DNA of 63,750 nucleotides, filler included, from Sandaracinaceae bacterium (lineage in GTDB: Bacteria > Myxococcota_A > Polyangia > Polyangiales > JADJQN01): assembly GCA_947483975.1 (NCBI GenBank). It is 3 parts of 3 records of this genome, joined end to end, with 100 filler letters (N's around TTAATTAATTAA, not from the genome) between each part and the next. Parts side by side here need not be neighbours in the genome. Positions count along the whole stretch, not along the records: positions 21,919 to 42,993 come from CANKOL010000046.1; positions 43,094 to 63,750 come from CANKOL010000051.1; 1 more part is not named here. One strand, written 5' to 3'. A program made the translations under genes and the position numbers. Below the pieces are notes generated by a model. That model saw nothing but the letters and a program-made list of their open reading frames with translations, had not been told where the DNA came from and ran no database searches. The number at the start of each line of letters is the position of its first letter. The first letter of the stretch is position 1. Positions 38,215 through 47,010 of this stretch are shown one piece after another.

Positions 38215-39243
38215 TCAGCAGATGCGCGGGAGCTGTTCGGCGGAGAGCCACTCGAGGATCCGGTTTCCTCCGAACGACGTCGCGAGCTCGAGGAAGTGGT
38301 CCGGGTCCTCCACGACCTCGCCGATCCACGCCGCGTCCTGGCCGCGGGGGTGAGCGCGCATGACCGCGAGCACGCGCGGAGCGTCCTCGGGCGCGCAGAT
38401 GGCGAGCAGCTTCCCCTCGTTCGCGACGTAGAGCGGGTCGAGCCCGAGCAACTCACACGCCGCGTGCACGGCCGCACGGACGGGGATGTCGCGCTCTCGG
38501 ATGCGAATACCGACGCTCGACTGGGTGGCGATCTCGTTGAGGGTCGTCGCGAGGCCTCCGCGCGTCGGGTCTCGAAGCACGTGAATGTCGGGGACGGCCG
38601 CGGTCATCGCGGCGACCAGCCCGCCGAGCGGCGCCGTGTCGGAGAGGATCGGGCTCTCGAACTCGAGCCCCCGGCGGCACGAGAGGATCGCCATCCCGTG
38701 GTCGCCGAGGTAGCCACTCACGAGCACGGCGTCACCCGGGCGCGCGCGCTGTCCGCCGGGCGGCGTCACCCCAGGCGGCACGACCCCGACGCCCGCGGTC
38801 GTCACGAAGACGCCGTCTCCCTTGCCGCGCTCCACGACCTTCGTGTCACCCGCGACGATCAGCACCTCGGCCTCGCGCGCCGCGGCGGCCATCGACTCGA
38901 CGATTCGCGCGAGGTCCCGCAGCGCAAAGCCCTCCTCGAGGATGAACGAGGCGGTCAAATAGAGCGGGCGCGCGCCCGCCATCGCGAGGTCGTTCACCGT
39001 GCCATGCACCGCGAGCTTGCCGATGTCCCCGCCGGGGAAAAACAGCGGGGAGACGACGAACGCGTCCGTCGACATCACCACTCGACCCGCCGGCAGCTCG
39101 AGGAGCGCGGCGTCGTTCTGCTGTGCGAGGATCGGATTGGCGAACGCCCGCTGAAATAGCTCGCTGACCAACCTCGCCGTCGCGCGCCCCCCGGCGCCAT
39201 GCGTCAGATCGATCAAGCCGCTCTCGAGGTCGAGTCCTCTCAC
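38215..39243 (-). CDS. hypE: Hydrogenase maturation protein HypE
   Basis: HGAGG, FFPGGDIGKLAVHGTVNDL, GDTKVV, RDPTRGG, ANEG, C-terminal PRIC. Confidence 0.97.
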   Translation of the reverse strand: MRGLDLESGLIDLTHGAGGRATARLVSELFQRAFANPILAQQNDAALLELPAGRVVMSTDAFVVSPLFFPGGDIGKLAVHGTVNDLAMAGARPLYLTASFILEEGFALRDLARIVESMAAAAREAEVLIVAGDTKVVERGKGDGVFVTTAGVGVVPPGVTPPGGQRARPGDAVLVSGYLGDHGMAILSCRRGLEFESPILSDTAPLGGLVAAMTAAVPDIHVLRDPTRGGLATTLNEIATQSSVGIRIRERDIPVRAAVHAACELLGLDPLYVANEGKLLAICAPEDAPRVLAVMRAHPRGQDAAWIGEVVEDPDHFLELATSFGGNRILEWLSAEQLPRIC

Positions 39244-40379
39244 GTCGCCGCTCCCTCTCGCGGCGTCCGCGCGTCAGGCGGCCGGAGGCGGCCATATTGG
39301 TAATAGGCAGAGCACGCGCCCTCGGGCGACACCATGCACGCGCCGAGCGGCGTGTCGGGCGTGCAGGCCGTGCCGAAGACCTTGCAGTCGCGGGGTCTCT
39401 TCGCGCCTCGCAGGATCTCACCGCACGCGCACGCCGGGTGATCGGACAACTCCACGAGCGGGACGTCGAAGCGCTCCTCGGCGTCCCAGGCCGCGTAGCG
39501 ACTCCGAAGCTTCATCGCGCAGCCCGGAATCGCGCCGAGTCCGCGGAACGAGAACTCCGTGCGCAATTCGAGCACGTCCGCGACGAGCGCCTGCGCGACC
39601 CGGTTCCCCTCGACGGACACGGCGCGCGTGTATTGATTCTCAACCTCGGCGCGCCCGTCGTTCGTCTGCTGCACGAGCATCCGAATCGAGAGCAAGAGAT
39701 CGAGCGGCTCGAAGCCCGACACCACGATCGCCTTCCCGTAGTCGCGGGCGAAGCGCGCGAAGGGCGCAGTGCCGATGATCGTGCTCACGTGCCCCGGGCC
39801 GATGATGCCATCGAGTCGCGTCGCCCCCGCGCCGAGGAGCGCGCCGATCGCGGGCGGCGTCAGCACATGATTGCAGAGCACGCTGAAGTTGCGGAGTTGC
39901 TCGCGCTCGGCTTGCTTCACCGCGAGCGCCGTCGTCGGCGTCGTCGTCTCGAAGCCGATCGCGAAGAACACCACCTCACGCGTGGGGCATTCGCGCGCGA
40001 CGCGCAGCGCTTCCGTCGGCCCGTAGACGACGCGGATATCCGCGCCGCGCGCCTTGGCCCGCAGCAGGCTCTCGCCGTCTTTCCCGGGCACGCGCAGCAT
40101 ATCGCCGAACGTGCAGAGGATGACCTCCGGGCGGCGCGCGAGCGTCATCGCCTGCTCGATGCGGCCGACCGGAAGCACGCACACCGGGCACCCCGGGCCG
40201 TGCGTCAACTCCACGTTCGCGGGCAGCATCGCCGCGATGCCGTAGCGGCAGATCGTGTGCGTGTGTCCCCCGCAGAACTCCATGAACGCATACGGCCTCG
40301 TCGGCTGGACCTCGCGCGCGATCGCGTCCGCGAGGCCCCGCGCGAGCGCGCCGTCGCGGTACTCGTCGACGAACCTCAT
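39240..40379 (-). CDS. hypD: Hydrogenase maturation protein HypD
   Basis: CGGHTH, GPGCPVC, GFETT, PGHVS, GACMVSPEGAC. Confidence 0.97.
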   Translation of the reverse strand: MRFVDEYRDGALARGLADAIAREVQPTRPYAFMEFCGGHTHTICRYGIAAMLPANVELTHGPGCPVCVLPVGRIEQAMTLARRPEVILCTFGDMLRVPGKDGESLLRAKARGADIRVVYGPTEALRVARECPTREVVFFAIGFETTTPTTALAVKQAEREQLRNFSVLCNHVLTPPAIGALLGAGATRLDGIIGPGHVSTIIGTAPFARFARDYGKAIVVSGFEPLDLLLSIRMLVQQTNDGRAEVENQYTRAVSVEGNRVAQALVADVLELRTEFSFRGLGAIPGCAMKLRSRYAAWDAEERFDVPLVELSDHPACACGEILRGAKRPRDCKVFGTACTPDTPLGACMVSPEGACSAYYQYGRLRPPDARTPREGAAT

Positions 40380-40603
40380 CGGGCGCCCTCGAGGCGGGCC
40401 TCGGCGATCAGCGCGAGCGTTCGCGCGGCCTCTTCTGGGTCGAGCCTCGAGAGCGCGTAGCCGACGTGGACGATCACGTAGTCGCCCTCACGCACGCCCT
40501 CGAGCAGCGCGATCGAGATCGTGCGACGCACTCCGTCGAGATCGATCACGGCGGTCTCGCCGTCGAGGAGCGTCACGACGCGGGCGGGGACTGCGAGGCA
40601 CAT
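40376..40603 (-). CDS. hypC: Hydrogenase chaperone HypC
   Basis: MCLAVP N-terminus, GDYVIVHVGYA. Confidence 0.97.
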   Translation of the reverse strand: MCLAVPARVVTLLDGETAVIDLDGVRRTISIALLEGVREGDYVIVHVGYALSRLDPEEAARTLALIAEARLEGAR

Positions 40604-40606
40604 GGA

Positions 40607-42850
40607 TCACCTGGGGGAGAGTCGAGCGAGACCAGCGACGAGGGCTTGACCGACCGAGAGGCCGCCGTCGTTCATCGGGAGCGCGGTGGAGAGCAGCGGC
40701 CGCACTCCCGCCTCGCGCAGCCCGCGAGCGACGCCCTCTGTGAGGGCTCGGTTGGCGAAGCAGCCTCCGGAGAGTGCCACCGATGGGGCGCCGCGCGAGG
40801 GGATGTGCGGCAGCACCCACTGCACCAGCGCGTGCGCGAGGGTGCCGTGAAAGGCGTCGGCGCCTTCCCTCGCCGAGAGCCCGCGAAGCGCGCGCAGCAG
40901 CGGCAGCAGGTCGAGCACGCCGCCCTCGATGCGGTACGCCCCCGGCAAGACGCGCGGCGCGCGGACGCTCGCCTCGAGGAGCATCGCCGCCTCGCCCTCG
41001 TACGTCACCGTGTCACGGAGGCCCAGCAACGCGGCCGCCGCGTCGAACCAGCGCCCCGCGGACGTCGTCGTCGGACACGCGACGTCGGCGTCGAGCATCG
41101 CGAGGAGGCGAGTCGCGCGCGGGCCCCAGCGAGCGACGGCCTCGTCGCGCAGGCCCATCGCCGAGAGCGCGGCGACGGCCACGCGCCAAGGCTCCCGCGT
41201 CGCGCGATCGCCGCCCGGCAGCGCGAGCGCGGCGAGGTGCCCGACGCGCTCGAAGCGCGCGCCCTCGACGAGCAGCAGCTCACCGCCCCACGCGCTGCCG
41301 TCGTCGCCGAGGCCATAGCCGTCGAGCGAGAGACCGAGCGTGGGCGTGAGCAGTCGGTGCTCGGCGAGCACGGCGGCGAGGTGCGCGTGATGGTGCTGCA
41401 CCGCGAGCGTCGGCAGCCCCGACTCGAGCGCCCAACGAGTCGAGAGAAAGTCCGGGTGCAGGTCGTGCGCGACGAGCGCGGGTTCGACCTCGAGGGTCTG
41501 CGTGAGGTACGCGATCGTCTCGCGGAAGAACGCATACGTCTTCACGTCGTCGAGGTCGCCGAGGTGCTGCGACACATACGCGCGGTCCCCGCGGACGAGG
41601 CAGACCGTGCTCTTCTGCCGCGCGCCGACCGCGAGCACGCCGTGCGCCGTGATGGGCAGGCGCACCTCGTCGGGCGTCCAGCCGCGGGCTCGCCGCAGGA
41701 GGCGCGGCGCCCCATCGATCACCCGCGCCACGCTGTCGTCAGAGCGCACGACGATCGCGCGGTCGTGCGAGACGACCGCGTCGGCGATCCCGGCGAGCCG
41801 CGCGCGCGCCTCGTCGTCGTCCTTGACGAGCGGCTCTCCCCCGGGGTTCGCGGAGGTCATCACGAGGTACACGTCGAGGGGGTCGTCGAGCCACGCGATG
41901 CCGCTCGGGCGCCCTGCCGCCTCGAAGAAGACGAGGTAGTGCAGCGGCGTATACGGCAGCAGGAGCCCGAGCGTGTCGAGCCCCGGCGCGAGCGCGCTCG
42001 CGAGCCCGTTTTCAGGGCGCGCGTCGCAGACGACGACGGGTCGCCGGACGCTCGAGAGCAGCCCGCGCTCGACCGCCGAGAGCGTCGCGAGGCGCTCGGC
42101 CGACGCGAGGTTCAGCGCCATCACGGCGAGCGGCTTCCCGTCCCGGTCCTTGCGCCGCCGAAGCTCGCTGACCGCGCGCTCGCTCCGCGCGTCGCACACG
42201 AGGTGATAGCCGCCGAGCCCCTTGAGCGCGATGAGCTCGCCGTCGAGCACGCGCCGCGCGACCTCCGCGACGGGCCTCGACAGCCGCGGGCCACACGCCG
42301 GGCACGCGAGCGGCTGCGCGTGAAAGCGCCTGTCCGTGACGTCCGCGTACTCCCGTGCGCACGCCCCGCAGAGCGGGAAGCCCGCCATCGACGTATTCGG
42401 TCGATCGTAGGGGAGCCGCCGCGTGATGGTGTGTCGTGGGCCGCAGTGAGTGCAGTTGACGAACGGATAGAGGTAGCGTCGATCGCGCGGGTCGAAGAGC
42501 TCTTCCAAGCACGCTCGACAAGTCGCCGCGTCGGCGCCGATGCCGGTGCGCGCGGGGCCGCCGTGAGCACTCTCGAGGATCGAGAAGCCGATTTCGTCTC
42601 TTGGAGTCACCCACTCCGACTCGACCGCATCGACTCGCGCGAGGGGCGGCGCCTCAGCCTCGAGCGCAGCGAGAAAAGGCCCGATCGCCTCGCCCTCCGC
42701 CTCTAGCAACACCCCCTCTTCGTCGTTCAACACCCAGCCAGAGAGCGCATATCGCCGCGCGAGCGCGTAGACGAAGGGCCGATATCCGACGCCCTGCACG
42801 ACCCCACGCACTCGCACGCGCACGCGCGTCCGCTGCGGGGCGCCCTTCAT
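40607..42850 (-). CDS. hypF: Carbamoyltransferase HypF
   Basis: GVVQGVGYRP acylphosphatase domain, CxxC Zn fingers, KGLGGYHL, HDLHP, QHHHAH, DGGLSVGQ; ATG 42850 follows the hypB stop. Confidence 0.96.
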   Translation of the reverse strand: MKGAPQRTRVRVRVRGVVQGVGYRPFVYALARRYALSGWVLNDEEGVLLEAEGEAIGPFLAALEAEAPPLARVDAVESEWVTPRDEIGFSILESAHGGPARTGIGADAATCRACLEELFDPRDRRYLYPFVNCTHCGPRHTITRRLPYDRPNTSMAGFPLCGACAREYADVTDRRFHAQPLACPACGPRLSRPVAEVARRVLDGELIALKGLGGYHLVCDARSERAVSELRRRKDRDGKPLAVMALNLASAERLATLSAVERGLLSSVRRPVVVCDARPENGLASALAPGLDTLGLLLPYTPLHYLVFFEAAGRPSGIAWLDDPLDVYLVMTSANPGGEPLVKDDDEARARLAGIADAVVSHDRAIVVRSDDSVARVIDGAPRLLRRARGWTPDEVRLPITAHGVLAVGARQKSTVCLVRGDRAYVSQHLGDLDDVKTYAFFRETIAYLTQTLEVEPALVAHDLHPDFLSTRWALESGLPTLAVQHHHAHLAAVLAEHRLLTPTLGLSLDGYGLGDDGSAWGGELLLVEGARFERVGHLAALALPGGDRATREPWRVAVAALSAMGLRDEAVARWGPRATRLLAMLDADVACPTTTSAGRWFDAAAALLGLRDTVTYEGEAAMLLEASVRAPRVLPGAYRIEGGVLDLLPLLRALRGLSAREGADAFHGTLAHALVQWVLPHIPSRGAPSVALSGGCFANRALTEGVARGLREAGVRPLLSTALPMNDGGLSVGQALVAGLARLSPR

Positions 42851-42855
42851 ATGCG

Positions 42856-42993
42856 TCACTCGGTGCGCGCGCGGGCGAGCCACGCGAGCCAAGCGTCCAT
42901 TCCCTCGCCGGTGCGCGCCGAGAGCACGAGCGACTCCGCCCCTCCGCTGACCTCCGCTGCGCGGCGCTGCAAGAGCGCGAGATCGATCCCCAC
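42856..42993 (-). CDS. hypB: C-terminal fragment of nickel-insertion GTPase HypB (contig end; absent from the ORF track)
   Basis: Minus strand reads VGIDLALLQRRAAEVSGGAESLVLSARTGEGMDAWLAWLARARTE*, the HypB-type SA.TGEG..W..WL terminus. Confidence 0.8.
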   Translation of the reverse strand: MGIDLALLQRRAAEVSGGAESLVLSARTGEGMDAWLAWLARARTE

Positions 42994-43093
42994 NNNNNNN
43001 NNNNNNNNNNNNNNNNNNNNNNNNNNNNNNNNNNNNNTTAATTAATTAANNNNNNNNNNNNNNNNNNNNNNNNNNNNNNNNNNNNNNNNNNNN
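42994..43093. other. Artificial contig spacer (N44-TTAATTAATTAA-N44)
   Basis: Same linker as 21819-21918. Confidence 0.97.
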
Positions 43094-43758
43094 CGGCGCA
43101 GCTCTTCGTAGGTGTGGACGAGCAGGCTGAGCACGCGGAGGCGCGTCTCGACGGAGGGCGCGCGCTTGACGCCGTTCTCTCGCTCGCCGAGGGCCTTCGA
43201 GAGCCGCTTGGCCATCGCGACGGCGCGATCGAGCTGCGCGGCGGTGATCGGCGTGTGGCCCTGGAGCGCGTCCCAGCGTTCGCGGAGCACGGCGACCAGG
43301 ATCTCGACGCTGTCGATGGTGGCCTGATAGCCGAGCACGCCGCGCGCGAGGTCGAGGCGCTTGGGATCGAGGAGCCCGCGGTAGCCGAGGGACTCGGCGT
43401 CGGTGAGCAGGAGCTGATGCGCCGCGCGCAGCTGCTCGTACTCGGCGGAGAGGTCGCTCGCGGGCGCGAGCGCCGCGAGGTCGATGTCGGCCTGGCGCGT
43501 GGCGAGCGCCAGCGGGGGCAGCGCGTCGAGGACCTCGCCGGCCTCGGCGCCGAACTTCGCCCCGAGCTCGGCGCGGAACGGCTCAACCTTGGTCGCCGTC
43601 GCGAGGGTGATGACCGCCGCGGCGCTCGCGTCGATGGCGAGGCGACGGTCGATCTCGGCCTCGCGCAGGGCGTCGAGGCGGGGTTGAAGGAGGGCGAGCG
43701 CCTGCTGAGCGGCGCGCTCGTCGGGGGAGAGCGTATCGGTGTCTTGAATGCTGGGCAT
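43094..43758 (-). CDS. Uncharacterised, apparently all-helical protein, 3'-truncated at contig end
   Basis: AAGGA RBS-like site, ATG 43758, at least 221 codons with GC3-rich usage; no known motif. Confidence 0.8.
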
Positions 43759-43850
43759 GGTCTGGTTCCTTGTGATGAGAGAGGTTCATGAGCCGCAGCC
43801 AGTTCCGCGCTGCGTGCCCCTCATCGGACCCAGTTCCGGGCGGTTGCGCG

Positions 43851-43880
43851 AAAAGCGACGCCCACCAGCACAAGCACCGC
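43851..43880 (-). terminator. Weak GU-rich hairpin + U4 between the repeat array and the downstream ORF
   Basis: Minus strand GCGGTGCTTG-TGCTGG-TGGGCGTCGC-TTTT; 10 pairs, 5 of them G-U. Confidence 0.3.
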
Positions 43881-43894
43881 CGGTCGGCGCGGAC

Positions 43895-44084
43895 GCCGAT
43901 TTGAAGGGGTTCGAGTTCACCAAGTCGCCGCTGGCGGCGATTTCGAGGGGTTCGAGTTCCAGAAATCGCCGCTGACGGCGACTCCGGAGGGGTTCGAGTT
44001 CCGGGAATCGCCGCTGGCCGCGGTTTGGAGGGGTTCGAGTTCCAGGAATCGCCGTTGACGGCGACTCCGGAGGGGGTCGAGTTC
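43895..44084. repeat. Tandem array of about 4.5 palindromic 41/42-bp units with a near-invariant AGGGGTTCGAGTTC core
   Basis: Cores start at 43905, 43946, 43988, 44029, 44071 (spacing 41,42,41,42); unit 2 has the 11-bp stem GCGGCGATTTC/GAAATCGCCGC. Confidence 0.9.
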
Positions 44085-44117
44085 GCTGGGCGGCTGCGGA
44101 CTGCGCAGTCGACGCTC

Positions 44118-44227
44118 GACGCTCGCCAAGGCGCGCTCCGCTGCCTAGCGTGCGCGCCGATGCAACGCTCTCGCCCGTCAGAGTCGAAGGTCGTCGCCGC
44201 GGGTGCGTCGAATGCGCTGCCGCTCGG
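44118..44227 (+). repeat. 110-bp direct repeat, copy 1 (duplicate of the MoxR -10 region and first ~22 codons)
   Basis: Matches 47011-47120 with 5 mismatches by manual alignment. Confidence 0.92.
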
Positions 44228-44413
44228 AGCAGCCGCCGCCCCGGGCACCCCGCGTCCGCCTGCGCGCGTCCCCGCCCGTCGTTCTGCGTGGAACTCGTGA
44301 ATAGGAGGCTCTGCGCAGAGGTGAGCTCGGTGTTCACGGGCGCGGTGTCGCGCTCTCTCCGACACCGCGCGAGCACGCGTCCGCTGCGGCTCGTGTTCGG
44401 CTGGACGCGGCGT

Positions 44414-44698
44414 TCACCCGACGCGCTTCTTCGCCTCGCTCTCCTCCCAGGCCGGCCACAGCAGCACGGCCGGATGGACCTCGAGCGCTCTCGCGAGCTT
44501 CTCTGCGCGGCCCGCACCCAGCGTCACGCGGCCCTTCTCCAGGCTCGAGATCGTGCTCTGCGGGATCCCGCTCGCCAGAGCGAGCTCGACCTGGGTCATC
44601 TCGTGGAGCTCGCGGGCGATGCGCACCGCGTCGCCCGGCGAGAGCAAGACTCGGGGCCGCGCCGGGGTGTAGCTCGTCTTCTTCGCCTTCAATGCCAT
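44414..44698 (-). CDS. higA: XRE-family HTH antitoxin (HigA-like)
   Basis: SPGDAVRIARELHEMTQVELA..SGIPQSTISSLEKG; AAGGAG RBS; downstream of the toxin. Confidence 0.85.
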   Translation of the reverse strand: MALKAKKTSYTPARPRVLLSPGDAVRIARELHEMTQVELALASGIPQSTISSLEKGRVTLGAGRAEKLARALEVHPAVLLWPAWEESEAKKRVG

Positions 44699-44709
44699 AG
44701 ACCTCTCCT

Positions 44710-44988
44710 TCACGGGCGATAGACGTGCGGGGTGACCTGCTCCACCGTGACAGTCACCGTGGAGGCTTGGACGCGGTAGATGACGCGCCACTGAAGACTC
44801 AGCCGCGACGACCGAAGGAGCGCCAGCTTGCCACCCAGCTTCTCGTCGTGGAAGCCCTCGAACGCCCGCAAGCCACTCGGCCCGGACTGCCTGACGATCG
44901 CGAGCCAGAACGCGTACTTCTCGGCCGCCTGCAGAGGGAGCTTGTCGATCGCCTTTGCGGCTGCCCCCTCTTCCAAGACCGTCCACAT
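44710..44988 (-). CDS. higB: RelE-superfamily mRNA interferase toxin (HigB-like)
   Basis: 92 aa; GFHDEKLGG, RSSRLSLQWRVIY, TPH.YR; toxin-before-antitoxin order. Confidence 0.85.
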   Translation of the reverse strand: MWTVLEEGAAAKAIDKLPLQAAEKYAFWLAIVRQSGPSGLRAFEGFHDEKLGGKLALLRSSRLSLQWRVIYRVQASTVTVTVEQVTPHVYRP

Positions 44989-44995
44989 TGCTCGA

Positions 44996-45023
44996 AAAAT
45001 ATATTGCCTGAGAGAGATGTCAA
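44996..45023 (-). promoter_or_regulatory. Sigma70-like promoter of the TA operon (leaderless)
   Basis: TTGACA-16 nt-TATTTT, 7 nt before ATG 44988. Confidence 0.6.
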
Positions 45024-45280
45024 GAGTCGCTGCGAAGCCCCCGCCGACTGCGGTTCAGGGTCCGAGCGCCGCAAGAAGGTCACCGCGCCCATGCCGCGCA
45101 GGAGCGAGGCGACGAGCACCTTGGTGCGCATCTTCCACGCTCGGCAGCCCGAGCTGCGCCGTTCCTCTGTGCCTGGAGCGGGGAGCGCCACATGGAGAAG
45201 CGGCGCGTCGGGCGGGCGGATGGTTTATGCGCCCGGGACGCAAGCGCGGTCTGTGCACGGAACCAAGCGCGCGGGGCGCG

Positions 45281-46219
45281 TCACGGCCGGGTGTCGAGGT
45301 AGAGGCGCGCGCCGAGGGAGCCTTCCCAGGTCCTGGAGGACATGCCGTCTGCGCCGCCGGCGCCGGAGGCTGGCAAGACGCGCGAGCCGTTGCCCAGCTC
45401 GAAGAACGACGTGACGCGGAAGCTTCCGATGACCTCGATGATCGGCGCGCCGCTCGCCCTGGCGGCCGCGACGCCGAGCTCGACGCTGAGCGGCACCGAG
45501 AGCCCGTCCGCGAGCTGCGGCGCCGTGAACGTGTAGCCGAAGCCAGCGCCGACGCCGACCCAGAGACCACGCGTTGCTTGAAGGATGAGCTGCGCAGGAA
45601 CGAGCAACTCGAGCCGCCCCGGCACGTCGGTCCCGACGGTGAGGTCAGGCCTCACCATCGACGCCGTCACGCCCGTGCGCAGCGCGACCGCCGGCGAGGC
45701 CTTCCACCAGAGCGGCACGCCTGCATCGATCTGTAGTGTGCTCTGCAGTGGAATGGAGACATCGACGCGGGCACCGAGGTCGACCTCTCCGGCGAGGAAG
45801 CGATAGAGCACGTAGAGCGAGGGATAGTCGGAGTCCATCCGGGGCGTCGATGCGAGCGCACTCTTGGTGCGCGTCACGAGCTGGAACGACGGCAGAGTCG
45901 CGCCAACCTCGAGGTCGTCGGTGATGCCGTAGGCCAACCCACCGCCGATGGACAAGAGCTTATCCCAACACCCCGACGACCCGAGGGAGGACGCACACGT
46001 CTGCCTGAAGCCGAGCACCGCAGCGATGGGCAGCAATCGAGCGCGCAGCGTGAGCGGGCGCTGGGCGTTGGCGAGCGGGTAGTCGGCGGCGACAGACGGC
46101 GCGCCTCCGTCGGGCACAGCGGACGAGTCCTGCGCCGCGGCGCGGGAGGTGATGGCGAGCAGCAACACCGAGCCTAGAAAGAGCGAACGACAAGAGATGC
46201 AAGCGAGTGAGCTACTCAT
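45281..46219 (-). CDS. Putative outer-membrane beta-barrel protein
   Basis: Signal peptide (..AAAQD), QRPLTL, GLAYGITDDLEVG, alternating beta-strands, ends GARLYLD. Confidence 0.65.
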   Translation of the reverse strand: MSSSLACISCRSLFLGSVLLLAITSRAAAQDSSAVPDGGAPSVAADYPLANAQRPLTLRARLLPIAAVLGFRQTCASSLGSSGCWDKLLSIGGGLAYGITDDLEVGATLPSFQLVTRTKSALASTPRMDSDYPSLYVLYRFLAGEVDLGARVDVSIPLQSTLQIDAGVPLWWKASPAVALRTGVTASMVRPDLTVGTDVPGRLELLVPAQLILQATRGLWVGVGAGFGYTFTAPQLADGLSVPLSVELGVAAARASGAPIIEVIGSFRVTSFFELGNGSRVLPASGAGGADGMSSRTWEGSLGARLYLDTRP

Positions 46220-46313
46220 CGCACGAAGATGAGCGTTCGCAGACGCGGCGGCAAGCGCCGGGTCCTGGTGTCCACTGCGCTCGTCCGGCCCACCGAGGTC
46301 ACCCGAGGCAACC

Positions 46314-46589
46314 TCACCCGAACGCGAACCGCCGCTGACTGTGCGTGAGCCGACCGCCGCACTTCTCGCACTTCAAGACATCCACGGCGAACACCCGTTG
46401 CAGCAACCATGACGATGGACGCCGCGATGACTCAGCCGTCTTCTTCGCCGCACCCTTCACACACGTCGTCGGCTCGTCCGCATCGTCGAAGAGCGGGAGT
46501 AGTGCGGGCGCCTTAGCGGGCTTCTTCGGCACCACCTTTGCGTGAAGCGACGAGTGCCCCGCCAGCACGCCCAGATAGCGGCCGGAGTT
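46314..46589 (-). pseudogene. Remnant of an IS91/ISCR-like rolling-circle transposase C-terminus
   Basis: RYLGVLAGHSSLHAKVVP...WLLQRVFAVDVLKCEKCGGRL resembles RY.GVLA..S..R..VVP / W..LL.RVF..D...C..CGG; N-terminal part absent. Confidence 0.7.
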
Positions 46590-46613
46590 GATTGTTCGTG
46601 ACTATTGGCAACT
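46586..46613. other. 28-bp dif-like imperfect palindrome (11-6-11)
   Basis: AGTTGATTGTT-CGTGAC-TATTGGCAACT; AT-rich, outer AGTTG/CAACT inverted. Confidence 0.35.
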
Positions 46614-46895
46614 CAGCGACAGGCGGCGCTCTCGGCGGCGCTCTCGACCAGCCGCGCTCGCTGAGCACGCAGAACGACAGACACCGCCGCTCATCGGCGC
46701 ATCGCCGCAACACGTGCGTCCCGAGATACCTGACCACCGCCGCCCACCAACTGCCTCGCGACTCGCCTCCATCAGCGCAGGTCGGGGGACGAGCGCAGTA
46801 CCCGTGCGCTCGACGAGCGACATCCGCTCATCACGCTCGATCCGCGCCGCGCAGAATCTCGCGAGTGGATGCGCCACGGGTGGCGAGCACGTCCC

Positions 46896-47003
46896 CCGAC
46901 CGGCGCGGTCACCTGGGACTCCCGCAGACTCCCGTCGCGCCATCCGATCGGCGCGGGCACCAAGGACTCGCGCAGACTCCCTCCCGCTCCGCGCCATCCG
47001 ACC
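46896..47003 (+). repeat. Degenerate ~48-54-bp tandem duplication
   Basis: CCGAyCGGCGCGGkCACC..GGACTC.CGCAGACTCCC..CGCGCCAT at 46896 and 46944. Confidence 0.6.
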
Positions 47004-47010
47004 ACCCCGA

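Noticed and set aside
7561..42993. FIST and hydrogenase loci as one physical island
   Set aside because: Separated by a contig spacer; true distance and order are unknown
43895..44084. CRISPR array
   Set aside because: Units are contiguous with no unique spacers and no cas gene is visible
43905..44084. tRNA genes or tRNA-derived att sites (GGTTCGAG)
   Set aside because: No D-arm, anticodon arm or CCA end; the period is too short for a cloverleaf
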